Source: Guillardia theta CCMP2712 | Taxonomy: Eukaryota; Protista; Cryptophyta | Reading direction: 5' to 3' | NCBI RefSeq assembly: GCF_000315625.1 | Contig: NW_005434663.1 | Span: 124,001 to 188,000 of the forward strand | Length of the DNA stretch: 64,000 nucleotides | Part shown: positions 1 through 15,381 of the stretch, piece by piece | Layout: each line of letters opens with the position of its first letter | How positions within the stretch are numbered: the stretch's first letter is position 1 | Program-made: the position numbers and the translations under genes | Notes under the pieces: model-generated | Seen by the model: only the letters and a program-made list of their open reading frames with translations | Database searches by the model: none | Told to the model about the DNA's origin: nothing

Positions 1-831
<831 letters not shown>

Positions 832-1125
832 GGGGCAGAGAGGCAACACCGACAACCAGCTAGTCAACGAGAGCAACGGAGACAGAACGGAGAAAGATAA
901 TGAGACTAATGGAAGAGGAAAGAAGGGAAGAGGCGGGACGAAGGGAGGCGATGCAAGGGAAGAGGAGAGAGAAACGAGAAGATGAGACAAGGGGAGAGAA
1001 GCTAGCAGAGTAGAGCGTCCAACTTTGAAGAGAAAGAGCGTGGTTCTGCTTCGCTAATCAAAGATACATTACGGTTCTAGGTACTCCAAGTGAGGGCCAG
1101 TCAGAGACAACACCGTTCCGAAGAA

Positions 1126-4100
1126 ATGGCCATCAGCGTCTTGAAGAAGATGTCAAGGCGAAAAAATATGTCGGACAATGCTCTAGTGATTGATAAGCGT
1201 CATTTATGGCTATCAAAGAAGATAGCAAACGCACTCCAAGTAGATGATGTCGACCATGTTGAAAAGCAAGTCTCGAATCCATCCACATTGAAGACTGTGA
1301 ACATGTTCTTTCAAGCCAATGGATACAGGTATTTTGTGATCCTGCTGTCATTTACATTCTCAATTTCCTTTGTCAGGACTATCTTTTGCTGCTTCAACCA
1401 GCATCAAAACGAGTTGATGGTAACAAATGAGCTTGCTGATTTACAAAGCGTGCAAAACGAGAAGGTGTTGTATTTCCTCAGAAATATAGAGGACAATGTC
1501 GCAGTATCATCAGAATGCAATAAGGACATATCATTTGGGCTGTTTGGGAGCCATTCAATCAAGAACCTCAATGTCATGATACAGGAAGTATACGTCCCTT
1601 TGTTAGAGGCAAATCTGTTGAGAGGACACAGAGACAACACAGATAATTTCAGAAATCAGCTTTCAAGATTCTCTATGTCTTTACTTGACCTGGTCCAGAC
1701 GATTGACTCAAGGGTGAGGTTGGAAAAGCCAGGCGAGGAATTACTTTCTCGGCTCTCTACTCAACTGATGGATGCTCCAAACAACTCGGAAATGAAGATA
1801 CAAATACAACATCGACTTCAACATCTCCTTGGACATTGGTATAACTCAGCCAAGAAGGTTTTGCATTACGGACAAGAAGATTTGAATGATGACAAAGAGT
1901 CAGGACCGGATTCAACCCTCAAGTAAGATTTTCACCACTCGTTGTCTCCTCGTTTCTGAAGCATGATCGAACAGGTTTTGGAGGGAGCGCCTGGCCCGCC
2001 TTAACGCATTGCACGAACAACTAGAAGCAGACGATTCTCAAAAGATATTGAAAGCATTCAAAGACTTTGATAGCGAGGCAGGAAACAAATGGGATGACTT
2101 ATTCGTCGAGCTCCGCGAATCAATACAAGAATCTCACGAGAATGTGCGGCATCTGACTAGTCTCAACAGAAATTTCGAAGTTTTGTACTCTGGAAATCCT
2201 GCAAAGATTGTTGAAGAGCTCCCGTCTATGTTTTCAAAGATCAAGATGGTGCGTGTCATGTCGAAGTATCTGCAGAGTGGTCAGAGTATGACGGCTCTCT
2301 TCGTAAGAGTGACAAATCAGATGATACGTCGCTGTAAGGAGTACATACAGATGAATGGAGTGCTATGGAAGAATGATTCAAAAACGATATTTCACAGAAT
2401 CCAGGAATGTCTTAACCTCAATCGTCATTACCAAATTCAATTTAGAGCAGCCAAACGCGAAAAAGCAGGTGCGATGAAAGAGCTGCCATTCTCATTCAAC
2501 GAATCTTTAATATTCGCCAAGTATGAAAGATTTGCATTGCGCTTAGAAAAACTTTTAGAACTCTTCTCTATTCATGACATGTTTACTTTCCTGTCGACAC
2601 AAAGCTTGTCGGGACTTGGCCCAGTATGTGACCAATACTTCGCTGCAGTGAATATTATTAAGAGCCGTCACGTTGATCTAATGGATTTTTTTGACCAAAC
2701 TTTTGATCGCGACTTCACCTATTTTAAAGAGGTACGATTCTGTTTCTTAATTGTTTATCGTTGAAATTTCTTCAGATTGTTGAGGATTTGGAGGAAGGGC
2801 TGAGGGGAATTATTGAAGATGACTTCAAAGAAGCAGAAACAACTGAACAATCCTTAGAAATTCTCTCAAAGCATAAAGCCTTGATGAGACGGCAATCTCT
2901 GAAACCTTTTTTGAATCAAAAGCTGATGGAGATCTTCATCAACTTTTCTCAGGATCTAGATATCGTCACTGAAAGGTATGAATCACAAAAATATGAACCA
3001 CCTATGCCTCGAAATTTTCCTCCAGTCACAGGCAGAATTGTGTGGGCAAGACAAATGTTGAAGTTAATTGAAATTCCTATGCAAAAATTCCAAGAAAACA
3101 ACGCACTCATGATTACAAAAGAGTCAAAAGCAATAATTCGGAAATATAACAAAATCGCCAAAGTCTTGATGGAGTATGAAATCGTACTTGAACGTTCCTG
3201 GTTACAATCGGTTGAGACTATACACAACTGTTTGCAAGTAGCAGTCATTGCTTATGACGAATCGAATGGTGACTGTTTTGCGAACTTCGACTCAAACATA
3301 TTTTTGGTTCTACGAGAAGCCAAATTCATGAAGATGCTTGGTCTAAAAGTGCCTCGGGACATACACGAACTTATTCAACGGGAGTGGTTCCTTAAAATAT
3401 CTCTTGAAAAGCTTCAATTTGCCCTAAGTGATTACCGTTCTCTTAAGAAAATGATAAGCTCAATCTGGAGCGGAATATTTTATGGGCACTTGTCCCGAAT
3501 TGAACAACTTCTAAGTCGAGGAAAGACTGAGATAAAGTGGACAAATTTGGGGCTGGACTCGTATATATTGTCGATTCAAGACTACTTGAATTACTTTATG
3601 GTTGTGTTTAGAAAAGCCAAGGACATTTATGAAAACAGAATTCTGAGAAATTTGAAATTCATAACAACAATTCAGTTGGTTGATATGCCAAAGGAAATAA
3701 CAAGTGTCAGTGCATTTATCACGAAAGAACAAGAAATGATAAAAGAAAGAGTCAATTTCATTGATCAACGATGCTTAGAAATAGAGATCGCGATATTCGA
3801 CATTCTTGACATGATTCGTTACACTGTACAGAATGATGAAACTTTTACCAAAAAGTCGGAACAACAATTCTTTGAGGATGTGTGGGAAATGGCGTATCAT
3901 GCTATATTAGTCTGTGTCAAGACATCTTTTCATAATCTGAAGACAAGAATACGTGGGACTTTGAAAGATCATGTGCTCGGCGAGATGAATCCCATATTCA
4001 TGGTCAACTTAGAACTGATTCCTCCTCGACTACAGATAACGCCTGACCTGGCCACAATGCAACAGGCTGTGAATCGCATTGCTATGCATATGTTGAAATC

Positions 4101-7100
4101 AATCAAAATTTCTCCTTGGAGAATTTTTCTTGAGAAAGACGCTCAAAGGTCAGTCCGAGTGTACAAACTTCTTGAAAAAACATGATTGAATGCTGATTGT
4201 TCTTGTTTCAGGTATTCTATTTCAACACGAATTTTAAAAAGTATTGAGATTGTACGGTTGGTATTGATATTGACAGGTAGCATAGAGAGGGTCAACATAT
4301 CAATTCAAAGATACCTTGATTCATATCATGAGTTCGATTACATTTGGAATAAGGACAAACGGTCAGATCTATTAGAATTCTTGAGCACTGATCCAACGGT
4401 TGATGATTACATCCAGAGATTGCATGATTTTGATCTGCTCATCCAACGCATTTCAAACATTCAGAAAGCTTCGTTTTTCGGACCAATATGTGTTTCAAAC
4501 GTGAAGATGATTCAGAAAGTTGTGGGTATCGTTCGGGACTGGAAGTTCTTGTACACCAAACAATTATTTTTGTCAGCTGAAGAAGACTTCAATGTGAACA
4601 TGGAGTGGATTATTGACATGAACTCTAGATTGAAAACTCGAATTCGTGATCTAGACGAAGTTGTGTTGGCTCGGGACACTCTGTCAGAAATACACAAGGT
4701 TGAAGCTGATTTCGAACAGGTTCTCATTTCCATAGATTCCAGGTGTAGGGTTGCTGTTGAATTCGGTTACATCTCTGAAAAAAATCTGGATTTGCACACG
4801 AACATCAAGAATGCCTGGAATGAGTTGCTAGTGAATGCAAGGAAGACGTCTGACAGACTAAAACATACACAGCAAAATTTCAAGATTGATCTGCGAATTG
4901 CTATGAACAGTTTCATGAATGAGATTCGTGCTTTGCAGCAAGAGTACAAAGCAGCAGGGCCTTCAAATAAAGATTTGTCTCCGGAAGTTGCCCTTGAGAG
5001 AATTGCAAGGTTCCAAAAGCAGTTTGATGAGAAGCTGAAAAAATTGAATAGCTTGCATCAAGGTCAGGAACTATTTGGGCTTGAAAAGACAAAGTTCTCA
5101 GAATTCGAAGGAATTCGCAAAGAATTTGCCAAACTCTGCCAATTCTTTGCTTTATATTCTGCTGGAATCGACACTGTCGAGGGATTCAAGAATTTAAGGT
5201 GGACAAAAGTGTCTTCACGTCTTGGTCAAGTAGAAGAACGACTAAAGGACATTGAAAGAGATCTCCATCTACACTTTCCAACCTTCTCTGACTATAGAGC
5301 ATTTCAGAATTTGGAAAGCGAGCTCCAATTGACATCTCAGCTTTTACCTCTGATCAAAATGCTCCAAACATCATTTTTCTTACCCAGACACTGGCAGCAA
5401 CTGACAATGAGAATGAACATCTCTTTAGATTTCAAATCTTCCAACTTTATTGTAAAAGATGTTTTCGAGACGAACATCCTTGATTACACCAATATTGTTG
5501 AAGATATATACGCCTTAGCAGAGCAAGAATGCAGTGTTGAGAAGCAGATCAAAGAGCTGTATAAATTATGGGAGGAGTCCTCTGTTCCATTTGAAAAGTC
5601 ATCGAACTCCAACCAAGTAATGATAAGAGTCAATGCAGCTCAACATCTAATTGAACAATTTGAAGAAGCAATAATTACCCTACAATCTTTCATGAGAAAA
5701 TCGAAGCAGTTTATCACTGAAATCAACGACTTGATGGGAAAATTTTCTTCTTTCATCGACCTTGTTGATTCATGGCTTGGAATTCAGCATGTCTGGTGGA
5801 ATGTTAAAGTGGCATTTTCTGCAGATGGAGTGAAAAAGCAACTCCCACCAGAAGCGAAAAACTTTTTCCCCATAGACGCAGCCTATTTGAAAATAATGGA
5901 TGAATGCTTCAATTTGAAATATGTTCCTCTCATTAATTCTCGCTCAGAGGGATTCAAGTCTCAATTTTCTTCTTTGAAGACAGAATTTGAGTCCTGTCAG
6001 AAGTTTTTGGCGGGATATTTGAATCAGAAAAGACAAGATTTCCCTCGTCTTTACTTGTTGTCAGATTCTTTACTGCTTGAAGGGATGTCGTCGATAAGAG
6101 ATATCAACAATGTCCAAAAAGGAGCGGTTTTCACAATTTTTGATAATATTGCATTGTTTCATTTTTCCAATTCCGGTCTAGGAGATATTGTCAGTATTGA
6201 ATCACGTGAAGGAGAGGTATTGGAGTTTGAAACGCAAGTTTCGTCCAAGAACAGCATCGAGACAGTTCTGTGCCATGTGGAAATTGCAATCAAAGATTGT
6301 CTCAAGAAGTTGATGAAGGAGACAATGATCCTTGACCCGGAAGCGTTTGACTGGATCCTTGACGTGCCCTGTCAGATTGGAATTCTGTGGTTTCAAATCA
6401 CCTGGACATCTTTGGTCGAAGCCAAAGTTTCGAGTGATTTGGACGGTAAAGGGCTTGGAAACACTGTCAGTGGATACATATCCAAGTGGCAAATAGGAGT
6501 TTCTTCTCTATTTCAACATGATCTGACAGCTGCGGAATATCTCAAGGTGCAATCAACCTTGACGATTCTCTTTGGATTAAGAGACACAACCACAGAGCTT
6601 CTGAACAGGAAACTGAGAAGCAGCCAGGAATTTGATTGGCAAAAGCAGCTGAAATATCGATATGCTGCTGAAGAAAACCAGTCCTACATGGAAGTGATGG
6701 GGAGAAACATGAACTATGAGTATGAGTTCTCAGGTTGTAAACCAAGATTAGTTCAGCATCCGAATAGCAATCGCTTCTTCACATTTGCCATGTATACATT
6801 CATGAATGTGAATTACGTTCTTGTGAAAGGAGACATTGAAACTGAAAAGAATCAGACAATACATGAACTTTCCAGGATGGTAGGAAGGTTTACTGTCAGT
6901 TTCGAATGCCTTTCAGACCACAACTTGAATTTCCTATCAAACATTTTGAATGCTGTCTCAAAATCAACGTGCTGGGCGTATTTCAAATCTATGGACAGGA
7001 TTTCCCCTTCGTTGTTATCCGTTCTAACAACTCAACTTATACAGTTGGTGGAATTGCAGCGGGCTAAACCTAATTGTCAACATGCATGTTTGTTTGCAAG

Positions 7101-10100
7101 TTTAGACCATTCGACGACATCTGCAAAGTATCTCAGGATATTCCCGTCAAATTTAAGGTCGATGTTTAGAACCGTGAGCCTGCAGGGTATTGAAATTGGA
7201 ACCTTTGTTGAAACCAAGCTTCGAGTTGCTGGTTTCTTTTATTCCAAGGACATAGCAATGAAGTTTGCCTATCTGGAGAAATTAGTTCAAACTATGACGT
7301 TTACCATCAATCCAGCAGTACTGAGTTTGAGGAAAATAGCGATGATCATCGATTCTTCCATCAACGAGAAAGGTAACAATCCGGATTTCGATGAGTTCTC
7401 ATCAATTTCGAACAACATTGCGAGGGTTGTTTCTGTTCAAGTCAGTCCAGAAGCATTCAGAGAATTTGAAATATTTCTGTTTGAAATATTTCAACGCGGA
7501 GCTCATGATAGAAGCTCCCAGCTCACCAACAATTATTTCAAGGCCTCAGAATTGGAAGCTGTCTTGCTGAAAACATGTGAGATTACAGAGCTCTTGCCTA
7601 AAACATCTCAAATCTATGACTACTGCGATTCACATCCACAAACAATGTTGCTTGGAAGCTCTGGGACTGGCAAGACTTACTCCATGAATGCACTCATATC
7701 CGCGCTTGCAAGCATAGACGAGAAACATAAAGCTGTATATTTGAATCCTGCAAGCCTCAGCAACGAAATCATCTTCGGAAGGCACAAGGGAGGTGGTGAG
7801 TGGGCCGAAGGATTGTTTTCACTTATTGTGAAGAAGTTTCTGAAATATGAAGATAGAAATTTATGGGTAATTTTTGATGGTCCTTTCAATCCAGAATTCT
7901 TTGATCATTTTGCGAACAAGCATTATGTGCAGATATCGAATGGAGACATCTTTCCAGTGAAGAATGACGTCAGGATCATCTTTGAAACTTGTGATTCTGA
8001 ACACCTGTCACCATCCGTCTTGTCTCGTCTTCCGCTGGTTTACTTCGGTTCAAACTTGATCACATCGAAGTCGTTGATTTCTCTTCATTTTAAGAAGAAC
8101 GACTTCATTGGCTTTGAAAAGCTCTTGTATTACACTGAGAAAATCTTCCTTCCATGCTCAGAATTCTTTGACAGGACAAGTAAATCTCCACAAAAATTAC
8201 AGCAGTCAATACATTGCCACATCTTTTGCAATTTGTTGCTTTCAGTCCTGAAAAGTTTGATGAAAATGGGAAACAATGTGACCGACGCCATGATCGAGAG
8301 AATTGTTGTTTACAGCACTCTTTGGACGTATCTTCCGATTTCTGATGATACCGACAAAATGAAGTTGGAACGCAAGATCAGAGAGCTGTGTCCGATATCA
8401 CCCTCAGGTCGCAAGGGTTCCACGGAATCTACCATGTTGGAATTCGTTCTTCACGAAAAACCAGAGCATTTTGCAACGAAATGGGTGCCAGCATCTCAGT
8501 TGGTGGATGCCGATTACTTCCCATATGAATATGACACGTTGCAATTTGATGTCTTGGACGTCCCGACAAGTGAAAGCCTGGCCGTCAGTTACGTCAGCAG
8601 TTTCCTTTGCCACTGCGGTCTGGCAATGGTGATAGCTGGGCCTTCAAGAGTCGGTAAGAGTGCCATCGCTGAGCGATGCTTGAACTTCAACTCATCCCTT
8701 GGCAAACATGTCGGCAGCACACGGCTCTGCACAACCTCAAATTCAACTCATCTAGAAGACATGTTGGTCCTCATACACTCCAAGAACAGCCAAAAGTACA
8801 GAAACTTGCACGAGAGCTCATTATACTTTCTGATAGATGACATCAACATTCCTCGGTCGGACAAGTTCGGTCAAAGTGCATCCATGGAATGCCTCAAGGT
8901 ATTGCTGGAGCGTAATGGTAATTACAGTTATCAAAAACTGGGGGATTTTCATGATGTAACTGGGACAACATTTGTGGCTACAGCAATGCTCCTTTCACAT
9001 GATTGTATCATTCCCCCTCGACTGCAAAAATACTGTCTGCAAGTTATCCTTTCAGAGCCATCATCAGAGAAATTTCGCATGATATTTGAGCATTTGTGTA
9101 GAAAAGCCACCCAAAACAAATTTAGTTGGATATGGGATGTGAAGACTGCAATACATGCTTGTGCAGGCGCTGCTGCGGAGTTACTATCCAGTTTACGTGA
9201 GACGATGATGAGCAGTCAAAGCTCTTCTTACTTAAGGTTCGATATGAGCAATGGCTTCAAGATTTTTCAAAGGTTCTTAGGAATCATTCTTCGATCAGAC
9301 TCTGTTTCTGTGGCAAGAGATATTGCTTCCCTCTTTGCCTACGAGTGCAGCCGTGAGCTTAGAGATCAAATGGCAGAACGCAACAGAGTGATCTTTGATA
9401 ACTTCTTGGACCGAGCAGTCGCTCTTGTCCTCAACTCAAGTCGTCGGTCTGATTCTGGTCGAGCGGAGGCGATTGAACATGCGTACTGGTTACATAATGT
9501 TAAGCTTTCGAATGATCCATCGATGACCAGCCATGAATGGACTGTGAGCGCAATCGAGAATCTCATTCCTGCCTCACGTGACCCACAGATCAACCGATAT
9601 GTGCAGGATCTGTTCCATGCGTACAAGCAAGCTTGTGCTCAAGACTCGAATGAGTATCTCGATTTAGACTTCGTCGACTCCTTTCCCAAGAACCTTATAT
9701 GCATTCATCGCGCGCTCACCATGGACATGGGCAACCTGGTTGTAGTCGGGAGACCCAGTATTGGCATCCAGCTGTTCGTACGAATGGCATCATTTGTCGT
9801 ATCCGCACAGATTGTGAATATGCAGGTGAAATCTGAGGCAACCGCTTTGAGTGTATTGATGAAAATGAAAGCTGGTGTAAGAATGGCAGGATTCTTGAAT
9901 AAGAAGATTATTTTTCAAATCACGCTAGATATTGACAGACATGGTATTACTTTGGTGGAAGACATTTTTTCGAAAATCAAGACAGTTGATTTCCAATCTC
10001 TCTTTTCGGATCAAGAATTTGAGACAGAGTTTCTTTCCATCACAAAGAATCACACTGACAAATCGATCATCGAGACCAAAGAATCATTTCATCATCAAGT

Positions 10101-13100
10101 GCTACGGAATGTTCATTTTATTATCATCATCCCGAATCCCCTATCGAAGTTTTCACTCGTTTGTGAAAGCATCCCATCATCGTTCACTATCCTTCTGTGG
10201 GACACAGGTGCCAAATCTCCAGTGGAACAGTACGCAAAGGCTATCACAAAAGAATTGATTTTTGACATAGAAGCTCATGCTGCTGAAAGCATGGTCGATG
10301 TGAAGCAAGAAGTTATCAAGAGAATACAAGAAGAGGAGAACAGGTCTTCAAACTCCAACGCGATTGAAATATGGGACAAAGTAGACATTGAGAATGCTGT
10401 ACAAGAAGCAATTGATATCCAAACAGAGTCTATCAACAATTTGAAAACACGAATCAAGGCAACAATACCTAAGTTTATGGTTGAAATTCATTCTATTATG
10501 ATTGAACATTCTCAAAAATTGAATGATGAATTCAATTTGAAGTCAGATTTTTCCATGTACAATTTTCAAAAATTTTGCAAATCGTTTAAGCAACATTACT
10601 TGCAGTCGTACAAAAAGTTGTATGCTAGACAGTTAATGCTCAAAGATGCCGTACAAAAATTGATCAGTTGTGAAAACGACATCGAAAAATCGCAGATGAA
10701 AAACGTGCATGGCAATGAAATCCTGCAATCAAATACCGAGGATTGCGAAGCGATCATGAAGGATATTCAGATGAATACGACATTGTTGGCTCGATATCAG
10801 ACAGAGTTTGAAAATTTAGAAACATGGTCGCGCTCGCTCAATTCTGAGTTAGTTCAAGCAAAGAGCAAGCAAGATGTATATCAACGAGTACATGATGAAT
10901 TGAAGGAAATCCTTTTAAGCCAGACAGAATCAATTGACAGAGACTTTCTTGAAAACCTTTCAAACAATGATGAGGTACCTTTGGAGGTAAGACAGGTTTT
11001 CGATCTTTTCCTCATACTTTTCCTAAGGCCGTTGAATAAGATTGAAATATTCGAACAAAATGGTGTCCTGTACAGAAGTGCGAATTGGAGGGAAACTGTT
11101 CAGGTTCTAAAAACTCCGAGGAGGCTTCTGAAGACCTTGAAGAAAATTGATATCAGAGGGTTTAACGCTGAACAGCACGAATTGATCAGCGCCTACATTG
11201 AGAGCGATTCATTACTTCAGCAGGTTCAAAAGAGTACTTATTCCTCGCAGTTGCAACCGATATGGAATCTTTTCCAAAGTTTGCATGCCAGGTTTCAAGA
11301 GCTCAACCAAAACAAGATTGGACATGAACAATGTCTCAAGAAAGAGAAAATCTACGTATCGACTAACAATCAAATTGCTGAAATCAAAGACAAAATTTCT
11401 AGAGCTCAAGAACAGATCAGAATTCTACGACAAGCATATGATGTTGCAGTTGAAAAGAGACAGACCATGAATTATGAAAACGAGCGCAAGCAAAACGATA
11501 TTACAACAGCAGTGGATCTCATAAATGGTATTCGAGTTCAACAAAAACGTTGGTCATTGGAAATTTCGGAACATGAATTTGAAATCGGCAAAATAGCGGG
11601 CGATTGCTGCATTGCCGTCGCATTTCAGACGTACTGCAGTGGTTTCGATGCGGAGACAAGGAATGAAATCTTCAGGAGACGTCTGGTGAATGTCTGCAAA
11701 GATCTCGGCATCTCCATCACTTTGCCTGTGAACCCATTGAACGGGCTCGTGACCGACCATGACATCTTGCAGTGGAGGCGGCAGGGACTCTACCCGGAGG
11801 ATAGTTGTAGCGATGGAATCTTCTTCATCTGGCGAAGCAAACTGTGGCCTCTCTTCTACGACCCCTGCGACGTGGTAACGGGGTGGATCCGAGGGGTGAG
11901 CGAGGCTACTGCCGGAGAGTTGAAGTTGTTCCATGCCCGGGACGACAACCTCCTCGTGAAGACAAAAGAGTGCATGAAGTTTGGTATCCCTGCTCTCATC
12001 CAGGACTTCGACCCTGAAACTGCTCAAGAGTTTCAGTCAGTCACCTATGAAAATTTTATTCATTCTGTCCAAGAGACCACAGACAGCGGACCGCAACCAA
12101 CCTTTTTTGTTTACATGCGTACTTCTGAATTTGACTTCCAGAGGTATAGCGAAGAATTTCTCAGCACCATCACTGTTGTGAATTGTGCTCCTTCCGAAAG
12201 AATGTTAGAGATGAAAATTTTAAGTTCTGTCCTGTTGATTGAAGACAGCTACATCGAAAAAGAAAGAATGTCGACGTTGTCAAAAGAGCTGCAGGTAAAC
12301 CTGCAAGTCAAAGACATTCATCAGAGTCTCCTAAAGTCTTTATGCACCATGCAAGGAAATATCTGGGATTCACATCAAAAATTGCAAGAAATTCAAAGTC
12401 TAAAATTTGACTTGCAAAACACAATCAAGGAACGAAATGAGTTGAAACGTAAATGGAGTGCGGTATCCAGCAACACGGAGCCACATCTTCCGGTAGTAAA
12501 TTTAGCTAAGCAAGTTATCAAGGCCTTGTCCTACATGAAAAAGCTCGACTCGCTGTATTTCATCTCATTCCAACGCTTTGTTCATATCCTCGGTTCAATC
12601 ATCAATTCTTTCAAAACTCTCATGGAGCTTCCCAAACATTCAGAGGTGAACAAAATATCATTCTTTGAATTTGAGATGTATCGAACGTTTGGAGAGACCT
12701 ATGAACCATCCCACAAGTATGTCTGGTTGTTGTTGTTTGCCATGTTCAACGACTCAGAACTAGAGAATCATCATGCGTTTTACGTCGAATTGATAGGATC
12801 AAAACCCCTGGATGCAACTTCAAAGCATCAAAATGAGTTGCAGTTGGAACGACTCAAGAATTTGCAAATTTTCAGTGTTGAACAGGTTTCTGGAATGCTG
12901 CACTTGATGGAGAGTTCGCAAACGTTTAAAACGGTGTTAGAGGATATTGAAACAAATGAAACTGATTGGGTGAAATGGCTCCAAAGTGATACGCCAGAAA
13001 TGCTCATTTCTAGCAATCATAGAATCAAAATGATTCGATTTGAAAAGCTTTTGTTGGTGAGATTTTTGAGGTTTGATAGATTTCAACAAGCAGTCAGCAA

Positions 13101-14922
13101 GTATTGTAAGGCAGTGGTTCATTTCGACATAGATCAGCCAATTGTACTTGATCCTGAGAGCTGCTACAAGATGTCAAACATTCAAATGCCTGTGCTCTTG
13201 TTGATCGATGAAGGTTCCAACACCTGGTCCCTGCTCCACAACATGGCTCGTCGGAAGAAGATCCCGATACGAACAGTCTCCATGGGAGAAGGTCAGAGAG
13301 ACATTGCGCAGAAGTATCTGATATCAGGACCTTCCTCAGGCATATGGTTGATCCTTGAGAACGTCAACCATGACATCACTTTTCTCCACAGCATTCCATC
13401 GATCATCCAGAAATCAGAATCGTCGGCAGATACCTTTCGACTGTTCATCACTTGCCCACTGAAAGTGAATCTGCCTCGCAATCTGGTCGAGATCTCTCTG
13501 GTGAAATGTGCGATAGAACCAAGAAGCTTCAAGGAGAAGTTGTACGCGACCATCACTTGGGTCTCACAAGAGTTGTTGGATATTGACAAGGAGATGGAAC
13601 TGAAGTATGTTCTGCTCTCCACCTGCATACTGCACGCAATTGCGAGGGTTCGATCCAAGTATCGAGCCATTGGTTGGTGCTCGGCCTATTCTCTGAATCA
13701 ATCTGATTTCACATCCAGCATCCTTCAAATCAATCAAATCGTTCTGGACTCGATTGAGCACAACATGCACGGCAGGAGGATGATTCCATGGAGCCTTCTG
13801 AAATCTTTCATCCTAGAATTGTTGTTTGGTGCTGAAGTCGTGGGCGCAACAGATAGAACGATGATGGAGATCATCGCAAGCAGGTGTCTTTCCTCGAGGA
13901 TATTCTTACCAGAGTTCGAGTTCGCTCCAATATTAAGTTTGAGTCAAGGACAAGACGCGGCTGCAATTTTGCAATCATTCAGGGCGGTGACAGGATATGA
14001 CGACATGTCAGTAATAGATGTCGAATCATGGGCAGAAAACGAGTTCTGCTCCAACTCAAGCAAAGAATTGGTTGCAAACTTGCAAGATCTTTTGAGCATT
14101 GAACAAAGAGGTCAGCCTTCTTATGAAGACGACAGTATGCTCCCGCAGTTGGAGTTTTTGGAAGACAAGCTATTCTTTCAAAATTGGAATAACTTTGATT
14201 TTGATAGGTACTTGCAACACTTTGAGAGTAAACAAAAATCTCTCAAGGCTATCATCATGCAAGAAAGATTCATTATCAATCAAATGTTTGAGAGGCTTGA
14301 TGTACAGATTACAGCTTTGAAACAAAAGATAGCGACTGGGTCAAAGTTAAGTGCTCATGACAGAGAGGTTGTCAAGCTCATTCAAAGAGGCAAGATGCCG
14401 TGGGGGAATCCATGGCAAATTGAGTCCATTGCTAAGCTCTCAGCCCATTTAAATCATCATACAGAGCAAATGATCGAGTTGACCAAACGAAAACACTTTG
14501 GAAGAATCTGGATCTCGGGATTTTCAAATCCAACTTCAGTGGTCATGCATGCATTCTTTGAAGTATGTAAGAGGAAGAATCTTTCTTTCGATAGCTCCTC
14601 TATCTGCTTCGAGTTTTCTTGGGAGCATCTTTCTGTGCAAGATGATATCATAATTGATGGACTCATGATTCAAGGAGCTAGTTGGAACTCTAGAGCAGGT
14701 AAGCTTGTCAAGAAAGAGAGCGAAGATGTACTTGAAAGCATACCCTCCGTCTTACTTGCAGTAGAGACCAAGTCTTCATGGGAAGGCATGATGTTTGCTA
14801 CCCCATGCTATGTCTGTCCCTCCAGGAAGGATGACAACTTGCTCTTCTCGGTCTACCTCCCGACTGATCTTCCTCCGCAACGCCTTCAACTCAGCAGCTG
14901 TAGTTTATTCTTGCGTGACTGA
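1126..14922 (+). CDS. Axonemal dynein heavy chain-like protein (outer-arm gamma/DNAH5-8 type tail), ~4,529 aa, AAA1 and AAA4 P-loops degenerate
   Basis: Exons 1126-1328, 1377-1922, 1975-2731, 2776-4148, 4212-14922 join in frame. Tail motifs GPDSTLKFWRERLARLN and PPMPRNFPPVTGRIVWARQM; linker KRQDFPRLYLLSD and FDWQKQLKY; AAA2 GSSGTGKT and WVIFDGP; AAA3 GPSRVGKS and IDDINIP; stalk coiled coils; AAA6 VSMGEGQ and WLILEN; C-terminal GLMIQGASW and TPCY. Confidence 0.93.
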
Positions 14923-15381
14923 ATGAACGAACGTCGACCTCCTCCTGCTTGCTCGAGCATCATAGCATGCAGCTTATTCATGTCGACCTCATTCACTTTG
15001 CGAGTGCTCTTATCGTTTTGCCTCCTAGATTCCTGTTATCCATGTCATCTTGTTCTCTTTCAAGCTTGTATGTTGTATCTTTATCGCCTTCTCTTCTTTT
15101 TCCTGCTCATCTTGCTCTCTTCTCATCTTGCTCTCTTCTTGTGTTGCCGTCTTCGTTTCGTCATGTTCGCAATCTTCGCGCGATCATCGCATCTGCAAAA
15201 CCTGTTTACCATTACTCCAGTACCCCACCCAATGATTTACTGGGACTTGAGGGGTCCCATTTAATCCAGGGGTCCGATCCTCCGATTTTCGACTCTTGGA
15301 ATGGGGCGCCATGTCCGAGGACAGGGAGGATGAGGGAGAGGGCCGGGGAATGGCTGGAGCCTGAGGCTGTCAGGAGGTGAG

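Noticed and set aside
1329-1376. Hydrophobic stretch YFVILLSFTFSISFV in the dynein ORF that looks like a TM helix
   Set aside because: It is a 48-nt in-frame GT-AG intron.
1126-14922. Calling the dynein a pseudogene
   Set aside because: No frameshifts or premature stops over ~4,530 codons and the splice sites are intact.
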